The notes beneath the pieces are model-generated. The model had not been told where the DNA came from. It ran no database searches and saw only the letters and a list, made by a program, of their open reading frames with translations. The translations under genes were made by a program, and so were the position numbers. Shown here piece after piece: positions 13,965 to 27,800 of a stretch of 64,000 bases of DNA. Origin of the DNA: Podarcis erhardii (Eukaryota). Where the stretch lies: assembly GCA_964252035.1 (NCBI GenBank), contig OZ176200.1; one strand, 5' to 3'. The first letter of the stretch is position 1; every line of letters starts with the position of its first letter.

Positions 13965-16900
13965 GCAATCAACCCAAATGACATGGAACACAAGAGATTC
14001 TATCCAACATGGCACTACATTTAATCCTTACATCAGTGCAAGGATTTCTAATTGCACAATGGAACCTTCTCCCATGCATCCCCTAGATTTGTTCCATGGG
14101 TTCCCTGAACACTCCTGAAAAATTTAAGGAGGGTACAAGGCATACAGTATGGGAGGGGGAAAGGGGAGAAGGTCCCAATGTGGAAGAAGAAATCCTTGAC
14201 GGGAAAAATTAGTTGAACGTTACCCATTATGTTCCAGCTTCCTCTGGTTCAGCAAAAGCATTACTTTTGCTAATACTATATTAATTTACCGTAATTATGT
14301 ACCAGCAAGGTAGGCAAACAACAGTATGTATCAGAAGAAAACGCACTGGCTATGAAAGTCACCTCCAGGAATGTTAATGTGTCCCAAACTTTGATTTTAA
14401 ATGCAAGCAAGAAGTAGCACTATCCTGATTGACATTCACAATACAAATCATTCTGTGCTACTGTTCAAGAGCACTTCTTAGTTAAATACCCACTATCTGA
14501 AGAAAAGAAAGTCATTTTTATCCAGCATCTACAGGAGAAACATTTAGCTTAAGAACCACTTAAAAGAGTTAATGCACTGCTGCCTCCCTGAAATGTTGGG
14601 AAACACAACAAGAGTCTCTGCTTAGATTCTGCTTCTGTTTACCCTGTAAACACAACGCCACAAAATCTCAGCAAATGTGTAATGCCCCCCACACCACCTA
14701 TTGTTTTTTTCATGAGGTCATGTAGGGACAAGAGGGTACTTCCTGCACTCACCAAAACACTCAGCCCACTCCTTTTCCTGTTAACTTGCCCCTGCAGGAG
14801 GGGAGAGGAGTACAAAACAGGCAGTAACCACAAGCAAATAAGATTTGGCCAGTCTAAAACAGATTTTCAAAAACAGCTGTAAGAAAAATCTCAAGACTGG
14901 CAAGCTGTCCTTTAAGCATCCCCAACTGTAACAGGCAAAAACAAGATAGGTTGTTTACTTCAGGTCCAAAAAAAGTGGACTGAAGCTCCAGAAAAGGAAA
15001 GGAGCACAGCCCACTGGCCAGGGTGATGCTTATCTATCTGTAGAAAACCAAACTTATAATGGAAAAAAAAACAAGTTGCTTTGCTGTGCTGATGCCCCAA
15101 GCTTAGTGTGAAGAGTGGGGAGGACTTGCACCTAACTGGGAGAGATGAGGGCGTGAGATAACTCTGTCACTGGTCCTGAGAGAGGAACAGTCAGGGGTGC
15201 AAGAAGAAGAGATCAGGGAAACTTTTGTGCTTTCCTTGGCAACTGTCCATTTTAAAACCCATTGATCTAATGCAATGAACCTTACAAAACAGCTCTGTTC
15301 TAAAACAGTACAACTTATTTATATCACGGGCAGGAAATGCAGTATTAGATCCTCTGCAGAGCACTGTGAGGATAGGGAACAGAGCCCACAACACCATGAT
15401 TTTGCAACACAAAACTAATTATTTGTGGCAGTTCCAGTTGCTAAACCCTGCTGCCTAGCCTGCATCAAAATCAAATCACGTGAACTAGCTCTCTCTCTGA
15501 AATTAAAGTGCTTAAAATGGGGAGCTACACTCCCTACTCACTGCTGAGAAGCCTAGAACAAGCAAACAGTTCACAATCAATTTGCAGTTCTGAAACAAAT
15601 CGCTCACATGTCTGGCCAACGTGCACCACTTAGAAAGTAGCTCTCCTATCAGTCTCTGAAACCTACCTTTGAAGGGTCTTTGAAGAAAAAGCATAGAAAA
15701 GCAGAACAAGCCCATAAACAAAGGCTCATTTCCTCTCAGCTAGAAAGTGAAACATGTTTTTAAGCAGAAGGTAGTAAGCCTTAGTGCTCAAGGTCTGTTT
15801 CTAGCCCCTTTTAAGTATCCAACTCCTCCTGCCCTGCCCAGAATGGGTTAGTTAGTGTCTGTAGATGAGAAGCATGTGTCTACATCCTCATGACCAAGTT
15901 AAGAGTCTTGTATGCTTCCACTTACTTTGGCACAACAGTCAACAACCCTCACTGACTTGCTATCTAAGGCATGTTTTAAATTCTGAACTGAGCAGCGTGA
16001 AGTGTTGAGATAACCGAAGGCCACTTCAAAATGGCTCAATGAAGCAGCAGTTTCAGGACTTGATCTGAACTAGAACTCAGTTACAGCATTCACTCCTGAA
16101 ACATATCACACACAATATCAGTACATGCCTGCAGCTCAGGGAATGAAACCTCTCAGACATGGCAACTCCAAAGGCTGCAGCACATCTTATGTGTGGCAGA
16201 TGAACATTTATTACCCTGTGTACAGGCAGTGGGAAAGAACAGACAGTTTCACCTTTCTAGTGCACACACCACATTTTTGTGTGTACACAGAACATTTAGG
16301 CTGCTGTCTTATGCATGTTTACTTGGGAGCAACTCAGTGGAACTTAGTTCTAAGTATAAACAGGATTTCACTACTAATGTGTGAAGCAGCCCTTTTTTCT
16401 ACTTTCAATTGTACCGTGTGGCCATATTTTTCAAAAGCTGAAAATCTGAAGTTGTACTAAGGAAACACATTTCACATTCAGAAGAGATTATTCAAATGTA
16501 GTTCCTGCAGAGAGACTGAAAAGAATGCCAGCTAGTGATAAAGCTAAACTGACGTTCAATAACAAGAATGAATTCTAAGGATGATACTCCAGGTCAGCTC
16601 TTAGCCCCTCAGTTCCTAAAAGTTCTTCTTCAAGAAACAGGATGCTGTCACCTTCTCTTGGAGACTAGGACTTTGCGTGTTGTGAAACAATGTTCTCCAG
16701 GCATATGGGATGGTTAAAGAGAAACACACCCATCCCCCATGAAACTATTCTGTTGAAATCCTAAGCACTTAAGACATGGAAGAGAAGGAATGGAATTTTC
16801 CACATCTTATAAATGAGCCCAACCAATTTGTTTGCATCCCACAGTTGGAACTATGGCACAGGGAACCAGCACAAAGGCAACTCCCAGAACAGAGGTGAGT

Positions 16901-18803
16901 CTAGTCAAGGTCAGGCACATGAGCTGGAGTTGTTGACCAACAGGAGCCAAGGCAAAGTACATAGAGGAAGAGAGATCTTTGGGAGCTGTTGTACCAGCAA
17001 AGGTCAGTCAGAGATTGAGATGCTAGTACAGATAGATAAACTCCTTCCTGATCAGCAGCTGACTGCATGATACACCTGATGCCTCCTCCTCTTGAGTAGG
17101 CTTGTCCTTCTGAAGCTACCTTGCAATCACTCCTTTGTCAATTCATTACCTACCACAGGGCTTGCCTTCATCTTAGTTCATGGGAGTTCGGCATGAAGGG
17201 GAAAGAGCCTGGGTCCATTTTACATGTGGTGCAGCAGCTCATCAGGGGCTCCAAGAGAGTCAGTGTGGTGTAAGAGTATTGGACCATGACTTGGGACACC
17301 AGGGTTCAAATCCCCACTCAGCCCTGAAGCTCGCTGTGTGACCTTAGGCCAGTCTCCATCACTTACCATAACCTACGTCACAAGGTTGTTGTGAGGCTGA
17401 AATGTGGAGGAGGAGAACTATGTACACCATCTTGAGCTTCTTGGAAGATAAAGGTGGTACATACATTTAACTAACTAACTAACTAACTAACTAATTAATA
17501 AGGTGTCCTCATTACCTGGAGAGTTGGGTTGTTTAGGGCACCCTTCAAGTGTGCTGGGGCTTTCTGCAGGGTCCTAAGCCACTTGCTCAAATTAATATGC
17601 ACATTTTTGTTATTTTTATTTGGTTGAAAGTTGAAAAAGAAATAAAGAAGGTGTATTGTACGAGACCACAAGCTGGTAAGATTCGGTTTTTTCAGAGTGA
17701 TGAGAACAAATTGGACAATGCTCAGGGTAACCCATGAAGACAATGTGCAGCATTTATAGTTACCATTACTGAGTATAATTTCTAAGAGAATTGTAGTTCA
17801 GCACCACTGTAACTTAAAGGTTGGCTTCAACCATAATTCCAAAAGCCTATGAGCTTCCAAAATCATGAAGCCAGATCACCCACTTACTTACTTGCTCGCT
17901 AGTAGTTTGGATCTTCTATTTATTTCTTATATTTATATCCTGCCTTTCTTCCCAAGAAGAACCCAAGGCAGCTACAAATTTCCTCCAGGAGCAACAGCCA
18001 ATTTCCGCAGCACTGAGTGGCTAAGAGTGCCTCACTAATCACTACTTAGTCCAAGGCTGCAGTCTGAAAGACATTTACTTTTAAAGTAAAAATGCATAGG
18101 ATCTGGCTCTAAGTGCAACTGATGTTCACTATTCAGCCTCAGTCTCTTGCCTTTGGGAAGTGGGTCGTCCATGTACAGTACTTGTTGCTGAGTCCATACT
18201 GGAGGAGACAGCACCAAGGATTTCTCATCTCTAGAACAGGTGTCTGAAGCCACCAAGTAAGCAGATCAGCAACAATGCTGTTTCCCTAGTGCAGGCAAGT
18301 CCAAAAGACAAACAAACAACACTGCGCAATCTTTTCGGCTAACTCATGGCTGTCTGATCAGATGCCAGTGTGACAGATCTTGTCTATCAGTTCAGATTTT
18401 CAAGCCCCGAAGGTCATCCCAGCAACTGTCAGTCAGAGCATTACAAATCTCAGGGGGTCCTCATCTGCAGGTGTGCATTACTCATTATTTATATGACAGT
18501 GTACATTCACATCATGCTTCACAGACAGTTCCCCTTGTTTTGCTACTTAAAAGCAGGCTGCAGCCTTGTCAGAAAAATATATATATTCACATCGTTGAAC
18601 ACACAAGTCAATTTATTAAAGTTTATACCCCACTAACCCAAAAAGGTTCTCATGAATTTAGTACAATGCAGTAAGAAATAGTGTTTCTGTGGAGGCTTGG
18701 AATGGTAGAAAGATGTAAATACTCAGAGACATGAAAGGAGGAGAGGTCACTGCTTTGGAAGGGCAAGTCTGAAGGAACACAGACATAAAAATAGAACAGG
18801 GGA

Positions 18804-18853
<50 letters not shown>

Positions 18854-21800
18854 AAAGGAATGTTAGGTAATGTAAAAGCACACACGGTAACATGGAAAGG
18901 GGTTGGAAAAGCTCATATGAACAACTTGGACTCCATACATTAAAGCACTGGAGGAAGCCTCCCTCAAATGACAGCTGTCTTCTTCTTATGAAGCTAAGAT
19001 TCAGATAAAAGTTATTTGAGAAAAGTTAGCCTCTAATTTTAAAATACCAATATTGGTTCTAGCTGTGTCACTTTAAAGCAACTAAACGGAAACTTGATTT
19101 TCAGGAAGTAGGATCTTAAGTAGGGCACCCATAAATCATTACAGAAGCACTGCAACCAAAAAATCCACAAGATGGAAACATAAGAAAAAGGTGGGTGGGG
19201 GTATCCCAGTGATTAGCAGCTCACTTACTGATGTCACAATCCACCCCACTACCCAATTATGAGCTGTTTTCAGAGATATAGGACAAAATGAATAAATAAG
19301 CTGAAGAGCTAGCCAGAAGAAAGGCAGCAGAGGAAAAGCAAACATGCCTGGCTCAGCACAGAATCACCAGGTAAGGGTCTTAAAACAGAAAGAACAAGGA
19401 ATAAGAAACCTTAAAGACTTACACAGATTGTGGCATAAGCTTTCGTTTGCCAGAGCCCACTTGGTCAGATTGTTAAAGCAATCATCTTAAGAAACACCAT
19501 GGAAAAAATAAACAGGTCATGGTAATAGGTTCAAGCTCATTTTGAAGCTCCCAGCTGAGAATGAGAAACTGGTGCAAAGGTTAAAGTACACTAGGTAGGA
19601 CACTATCTACATCAGATAAACTAATATGCTACAGGCTCTGTGGCCTAACAAGATCAGTCTCAGCAGCTCAAACAACTAAAAATTCTTTATTAACTGGAAC
19701 ATGAGGTGCCTACAAACTGAATTTGGGGAACCAGTCAGAATCAAATGTCTTTCGCAAGTGGAAGCCAAGAGGAGTTTGTCAAAATAAAAATCAGAACAGA
19801 ACATTGTACGTGAGGGAAGAGATACAAAATAAAATAGGAAAGGAGGAAAGGAAAGGCTGGGATTTTTGAAAGCATCAGAGAAAACTAGCCATCAACAAAT
19901 TACGCAAACAAACCACCTTACTCATCAGAACAGCAGACACTTTCAATTTAATGGAAGCTCTGGCAAAGTGTCAACAGTCTAATCTCCATTAGGTCAATTA
20001 TTACTACCTATAGAATTCTAATGCACCGTCCAATACCCTAATATGAAAAAACGCAGGGTTAAAAACTGGGAAACATTCAACAACTGTGTTAAGGAAACCA
20101 ATATCCCGATTTTCATTTTCATGACTTGCAACAGTGCCACCCGCTTATGAAGGGCTAAACCACACATGTGATTTTGCCCAGAGAACATTGTAAGTATTAT
20201 ACAAATTCACTCTTTGGTCCCATAGTCATTTCCAGTAGTCCAATCACTTTAAAGTGAGCTAATGTACCCAGTCTGCCTTTCCCTATTTTACTTTTGAGCC
20301 AGGTTTGCAAGAATCCAACTGTATCAACTTAAACTGCAAGTTGATACACAGTGGGGCAAACAATCACATTTTTAAATTTACACTAACTGATGGGATCTGA
20401 ACTGAGAAAGAGATAATTGGGTTCAGATGGATAGTGCAATGATAGCACCAGCTGTGGGGCAGTAAAAGAGGCAAAGTATCTAGGCATCATTAGGAAAAAG
20501 TCTGAAAATACAACACTTAGTATCATAATGCCCCAATATAAATCTATGGTGCAGTCAGATTGGGAAAACCATGTACCGCTGTAGTCACCCCATTTCCCAA
20601 AATGGACAGTGTAGAGCTGAAAAATGGCTTTGCTAAGAAGAAACACTAAAGCATTGGGGGCTTTTTAGTTTAGGGAAGAAAGACAAGCAAGGGCAAGGAG
20701 GAGCACTCAAGAAATGTATCAAATAATTAATGATATAGAGAAAATGGGGAGAGATAAATCTTTCTTCATCTTTCATAATACTGGAACACATGGGAAGTCA
20801 ATGAGATTGATAGGCAGTAGGTTCCGGACAGAGAGAAACAAGTACTTATTCATGTAACGTTTACAGTATAAACCTTTGGAATTCGCTCTCAAGATGTGCT
20901 CACGGCCTCTGGCTTAGACGGATTCATGGAGGACCAGCCCATTACCAAGCTACTGCCTGTAGCGCAACTGAACTTCCAGGTTTAGAAACAATATACCAAG
21001 TTGCAAGAGGGCATAGATACAACAGGAGTGGGGAACAGGTATTGCCTTCATGTCCTCCTTGCAGCATTCCTAGAAGCTTCTGACTGGCCTAGCCGTGCAA
21101 CCCAGCAGGACTCTTAACGACCTTAACATTGCCTCTCTTTTTACTGCCCCAACAGACAAATGTTATGCTATGTAGTTATGTTGGTGCCTAGAATTTCCAA
21201 ACATTTTTAAACTACCCATGCCTATGTGCTTCTAACTTCATTTAGCTCATTGAAGTTTCTGAGTGTTCTGTAGAAGGGGGATTCTGATGAAAAGTACTGT
21301 CCAAAAATAGTGGCACTATGGAGTCACACCGCAGATCTAAGATGATGCCACAGGATGACAAATTAGTCCCAAGTTCAAAATGAAACAAAAGTTGAAAATC
21401 ATGTTACATGCACACAGTATTCGCCTGGTCAAGTTAAAGATGACATCCTTTGATATTTGGTACATAGTGAATGTTTAGAACTTAACTATTTCTTTGTGCA
21501 ATCTCCTGGCACTCCCATTTTACTTGCCAAAGAAGATGCCTACAATTTAGGGATTTTTTTAATCAAGAGTTTGAAATGGCTTAAGTTGGTGTGTACAGCA
21601 TCTAGCTTTCACACCCACATAACCTGTGAAGTACAGGTTTAGGGAAGATAATCTAACCTGGTATGTGATGAAATGCCAGAACAGAGAGAGTATTATAGCA
21701 TTTGTGGCTATATAACAACACTGTTATAACAACACTGTTAAGACTCAGCATCAGGAATGAAGAGTCTTTTCTTTAATCTAGGAGTCATATTGATAATTTA

Positions 21801-24800
21801 AAAAGCAGCCAGCAATCTTACACATGTCCTGTCATCTGTCCCTTTCCCATTCCTCATAGACAAACAGAACTGTAGTGCATTATCCCTGGGATAGCTCAGT
21901 TGGTACAGCATGAGACACTTAATCTTAGGTCATTGATTTGAGCCACATGCTGGGCAAAAGGCTGCAGGGGGTTGGACTAGATGACCCTTGTGATCCCTTC
22001 CAATTCAAAAATTCTATGATTCTATTATTCTACTTAGAGGGCTATCTTCTCCCATCTAAACTAATAAATAATCTGAACCTGCCTAAAAATACAAAAGGCA
22101 CAAGAAGACTGCATGCACAGTTAAATTAGACCAACCTGTCTAATCTGCAATCTATCATGAGAAAACTGGAATGTTCTAAACATTAATAAATTCCAGAATA
22201 TTTGTCCAAGTTGCCTGAAATTTGGCATGGAGTATCTATCTATACACTGAGTACCATATGACCAGATTTCAGACGGATCCATTACAAAGATGGTTGAAAT
22301 ATACAAGTTTCCCTTCTTAATAATTGTTGTGCTCCCTCATAATATCTGTTTTTTCCTTGTCTCTTCGAAGGAATTCTAAATTTAAGAAAATTGCAGGGGT
22401 CCTTCCTTCTTTTGTCAAAATGCATTGTGCCTTTATGAGTATATTACTTTTTAAATTACTACTTTAAATCCATCAGTTAAGGGTCAATCATCTTGAAAGA
22501 CACAGTAAGTCCCTGATTCGAGTCTTTAGGGTGGAGCCTTTTCCCTAAGCAAAGATGGCTGCCACCAGAATAAGGGGAAAGCTGTTAAATGGCATGTAGA
22601 TTACATAGCTCTAATGGCTAGACTAAAGCAAGACCACTTTCCATTTTCAATTGCCTTTTTTTTCATTGTCTCCCAGGGCAGAAGTAAGACTTGTGTGGGA
22701 AAGAGTGGGAATTAATGCCTCTCTTTACTATTAGTTTTCAGCTTTTTTGGGGGGGGGTAGCAGGGGGTGGGCATCCAGTTGCCAAATCATACCTACACTA
22801 AAATCCTGAATTTCTCCATTAATTTTTATGAGCTCTTCTCACTTCCATCCTAGAGGACTTAAAAAATGGCCACTGTAATGTAAACCTAGAAACTTTCTAT
22901 ATAACCTATGAGATTATTTTTCATATCTCTGCAGCATATTGGGGGAGTGGTACATATATGTGTATTTGTTGTAACTATGTACAGTGGGGTTAAGTGAGCT
23001 TTGTTTATCATTTCAAAAGAAAATGGGGAAGAAATAAAAAACAGATTATCATTTTGTTTTCTCCTCATGTGCTCCCACGCCTGCAGAAGCTTTAGTACAT
23101 TAGAAAAGTCTCTATCCTTTTATTTCTGGCTGTCAATGTGCCTAAACTAAGACAGGCAGGCATGGGCATGCAAGCCAGTAACTTTTGTAAACTTGTATGC
23201 AACACTGCCAAACAGCACATCATATCACATACAAATCCAATGTAGATGTAATTCATTAAGGGCTCTACAATGGATATGTCATAGAAGCACAGACAGCAAT
23301 TATGGCTTATCTGATACCTATAAGGTTCGCTTGCACCTTTCAGTAGCAAGCATTTCAGTCTAGCCAAATCTGAAAAGAAAAAGACATCCAGATCTGAGAG
23401 ATCTTTGCCTGTTACTTTTTAATTTGATCCATTTTTTAAATATAATACAGCCCTCGAGTGCATGAATACCTGCATCATCCTTGATTCCCAAACATGCTGG
23501 CTGCGGCCAATGGGAATGGATTCCAACAAGAACTGGAGTGCAACGTATTCCCTATCCTATCCATGCCTTGCACTGAAATGGCAGTTGGTATTCAAGGCAT
23601 TTCCCTTACCTATCCAAATATCCCATAAATTGAACCTGGGATCCTCCATGCGGAAAGCATAGTATAAGGGTGGGGAAGCCTCAGGTAGCCCTCCATGCCT
23701 CTTTGTCCAGCCTTGACACACTCCCTGTGGCTCATGTCCCCATAGGGCCATGCTCCACACCTTCCGTAAGCGCACTTGTCTCTCTATAATGTGCCCTTTA
23801 ACCCTGACAATGTCTCCTGCTTGTAATGCATGCAGAGCTGTGTGGCTGTAGGTATGCAAAAAGTTCTGATTTTTGCATGACTGGAATGCAACCTACTGTA
23901 CAAAGGTAAGATTTACAACCATTGCTCCACCACGTTTTGCTTCTGGCCCTGTGCACCACCGACCTTCAGGTTGAAAACAGTTCCTCCATCCTTAGCATAT
24001 GCCCTACAGCTGAACTATAGGTCTCTGAGCAAAGCTTCTGGTGCCTGGTGCCTTCAGTATGTGTGTTACATTTCTCGAAAAAGGACTGGATGAGCATATT
24101 AAGAGGTAGCATGTTAATGTGTTACGCTTTGCTTTTCAGTCACAAGCTACATCATTTCCTTAAGAACCTTTGCAGTTGAAAGATCTCTTTGTCAAGGTCA
24201 GTACAGCTAGTTTTCAACATATGATCAAGCAAGTCCAAATAAGACGATTTAGATTATTTTTTTAAAAATAATGGAAATTACCATTAAAGCAGCCCTATTC
24301 AAGTATCATGCATATCTGGAAACAGAACACATTAGTGGGGAGACAAGCATATTAGCTTCATCCTTATCTGAAGCGGGGAAACTCCTATATGCTTCTAAAC
24401 CCCAGCTGCAGGGAAACACAAGCAGAAAGAGTGCTGATGCACCCATGTCCTGTTTGCAGGCTTGCCACAGACACCTGGCTGACCACTGAAAGAACAGGAT
24501 ACTGGGCTAGATGAGTCTTTGGCCTGATGATGCAAGGATTTTCTTGTGTTCTGTGCTCACTGATGATCACATGCAATGTAGAACCTTGGGAAATGTGGGG
24601 AGCCTATGAGAGGAAAAGCACGTGGGTGGCAGTGGGTGGAACTAGCAACACATCCCTAAAATCCCTGCTTATGCGTTATAGATCTAGGTTTTACACCTGA
24701 GCAGGGTGTACCTAGCTCCACACCCAAATTCTCATAGTCCATTCTTTTAAAGTAGTAAATGCATAGCCCTTCTCGTTGCAAATAAAAAGCTTACAAATGC

Positions 24801-27800
24801 AAAGCATGTGGGCTGTGCACAACCAATGGCTTTTTAAAGAGCTGGATATGGTATTGTAGAGCTATCATTGCCACACTCTACCCCTCTCTATCACCAGTCG
24901 CGATTTTACTGCTTTCTGTAACATTTCAAGGAGATACATGGCAAAAGCTGTAACTAGCCCTCCGCAGTGTAGCTACCACAACTGCAACAGATATATGCAT
25001 TTTTTATTGTGACAGTAGATGCCCATGAAAAATATCCCCTTTCCCTATCCCACCATACCTGGAGAAACTTTGGAAGCATTGTAATGTATTGTCTAAAAAC
25101 AAATTTCTTGTTTAAGTAACAAAGGATATGTGCATATCCACAATGGCACACATTTGGTTCAGGTATGGGGAACCTGACTTAAATACCGTATTGGCCAACA
25201 TATAAGCCACTCCCGAATATAAGCCGCACCTTTAAAATTCAAAGGGGGGGGGAGAAAAAAAAGACAATACCCAAATATAAGCCGCTCCCTTAAAATTCCG
25301 CAGGCACTCACACCCATTCCGTTTTACCGTATGCCTGTTTCAACAGTGATATCGTAAAAGCCCATTTTTGTAAGGTCGCAAACTTAAGATGCACTTTAAC
25401 CTTTCACGGTCGGAATTTGGGGGAAAAGGGAGGCTTATATTCAGGCCAATACGGTATGACTGTCGAAGCCTCCCTATCTGGCTAGGCATCACACCCTCCT
25501 GAGCCATACCCCTCACCAGCCCTGATTAGCACCCTTCTGAAGTGTCTTTTCCTGGATGAATGTGTCCTTGAACTCTGATAATGCTTCTTGCTTACCTGGG
25601 TGGAGGACAGAGGGTGTGTGCATGCGAACAAACTAGCCTACTGTACAAATGTAACATCCACATTTATTGCTCTGCCCACTTTCCCCTCTGGCCCCACTCA
25701 TCATTAGTCTGGGGCCCCGAAAGGGAATGTGGCCCTCAGGCTGGAAACGTTTCCCACCCCAGTGCAGTTAGTTTTAAAATGTATCTGTGATTATAAATGC
25801 AGAACGTGACACCACATACCTGCTCCTAAATTAAGAGTGTGATACTCCTATGGGACTGAACAGCAAGGATCCCTCGTTCCTGCCTATCATCAAAACAGCA
25901 AAATACATCTCTCTCTCTCTCTCTCTCTCTCTCCATTATTGGCTCCATTTGATGGCAATCAAACAACAACAAACACGTAGCTGTGTTACAGACCCAGTGT
26001 GGGATGGATTTGAGTGCTATACAAATGAAATACATAGTGAATTAACCACTTCCCAGCCCTAATTAAATTAGCTCTACACCACTCTCTCCCCCCCTTCCCC
26101 TATTCTAGCATCTAAAATAAATAAAAAAATCCAGAGGTTGCAAAGAAACCAAAGTTCTGCAGTCAAGAAGGTACAGCAAGTAAGGAAATGTGTCTAGTTT
26201 AGCACAACTTTATAAAGTTTTTGAAGCTTTAGTGCTGCAGTGTGTGGGCTGCAGTGTATGAAGTCAAGATTAAGAAACATTACTTGCTATGTGATCTATC
26301 TGCATGGCTTATTTCCTATTTTGTAACCACTGTTCCCTCATGCATTGTATCCTTCTGGGATGTTCCAAGTCAAAACTGGACAGTGAAAGAAAATTTCTGA
26401 CTACCATTATTTGTCCGAAAAAGGCAAACGTTATCTTCAAAGCTGGTATAAAAGTTACCTTTCAAAGAAAGCTGATTTCCAAAACATTATAAACTAGCAG
26501 AATTGGAGCAACCTGGACTCCCAGATGAGGCTCATGATAATGAAAAGTTGTAGTTTACAGATAGGACCAAGCCTGAATCCAAGAGTAGACTCTTTAAGTA
26601 GGCTGATTTTACATAGCTCATTATTTACTTGGGAGATTTCTCCTGCTTTGTTTCCTCCCTCTGTAAGTGTGGGAGCAACAAAACACAATCCATGGCTTAG
26701 TATTATGTCTAAAGTGGGAGATCATAGTTTGGTTTGCTTAAACTTACTAGAATTGCTCAGTCTCAGGTTCATGTATCTACCATTTTTACTCTTCTCCTCC
26801 AATGCAACCATGAGAAGTTGGGAAGCAGTGTTTCGATTTTAAACTAATTGCAGTTTGTAATTTTGTCCAAACTGTGGTTAGTTTAAACCAGCACCCCAGA
26901 TTTTGTTGAACTCAAATCAGCTCTGACTACTGGTCATGGCTGGGGTTGATGGGAGTGGGAGTCTAACATCTGGAGTTACAAAAGTTAGCCCCCCTGGTTT
27001 GAATTTCAGTTTGTCAAAACAAGTCAAGATCAAGTTGTGGTTTGTGATCCTGACTTGTTGGAGCAAACCATAGTTAAATCAGCAGTCCCTGCTTTGGATG
27101 AAACACAGTTGGTTTAAAATGAAAGTGGATACTTCCAATTTCCTGCTTATAGCTTCATGTTCAATTGAGGAGGGGAGGGGAGGAGGAAGCAGGTTTGTGT
27201 ATGGAATTCTAAACTATAATCTGTCTGAACCAGGTGAATGCCAAGAACTAAGTCATTGGTTTCATTTTGTCATGTATGAAATCATTTACCATGTTCAAAG
27301 AAAATTCTAATAGCTTCAAGGAGTAACGTGCTGGCAACTTAGGAGGAGAAAGTGTAATGTAACATTAGAAGTGAAAATTCGAAGTGACATGCTTTAGGGG
27401 AGTTGAAGCTGGTGCTTAGCAATGTCCTGACATTTTAAAAAAACAACAACATTCCCTAAACATACTTTCTCACAATTGCTTTAAAAAGAAAACACAATGA
27501 CAAGGTATTTAAGGAGCATCAAAGTAGATACATTTAGTGAATTCATTGGGGTTTATTTTCTAGTACGAACGGATATGATTACACAATTGATGTATAGAAC
27601 GCCTGCAATTCACAAATCAATCTTATGGGAAACTGCCTTATACCAGGTCTATTGAGCTCAGCATTGTTGACTAGACCAGATATTAACTGACTGTAAATAT
27701 TAAAAATCAACTGAATGTGAAATAATGAAATGCCTGTATGGGGATGATGTGTATTCATTTTTGTTTCCTTACATCAAGGAACAGGACATATAGTAATATC

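Noticed and set aside
21888-21960. tRNA-Lys-like sequence
   Set aside because: The B box and acceptor stem are degenerate and it is fused to a CR1 tail, so it is a SINE head, not a tRNA gene.
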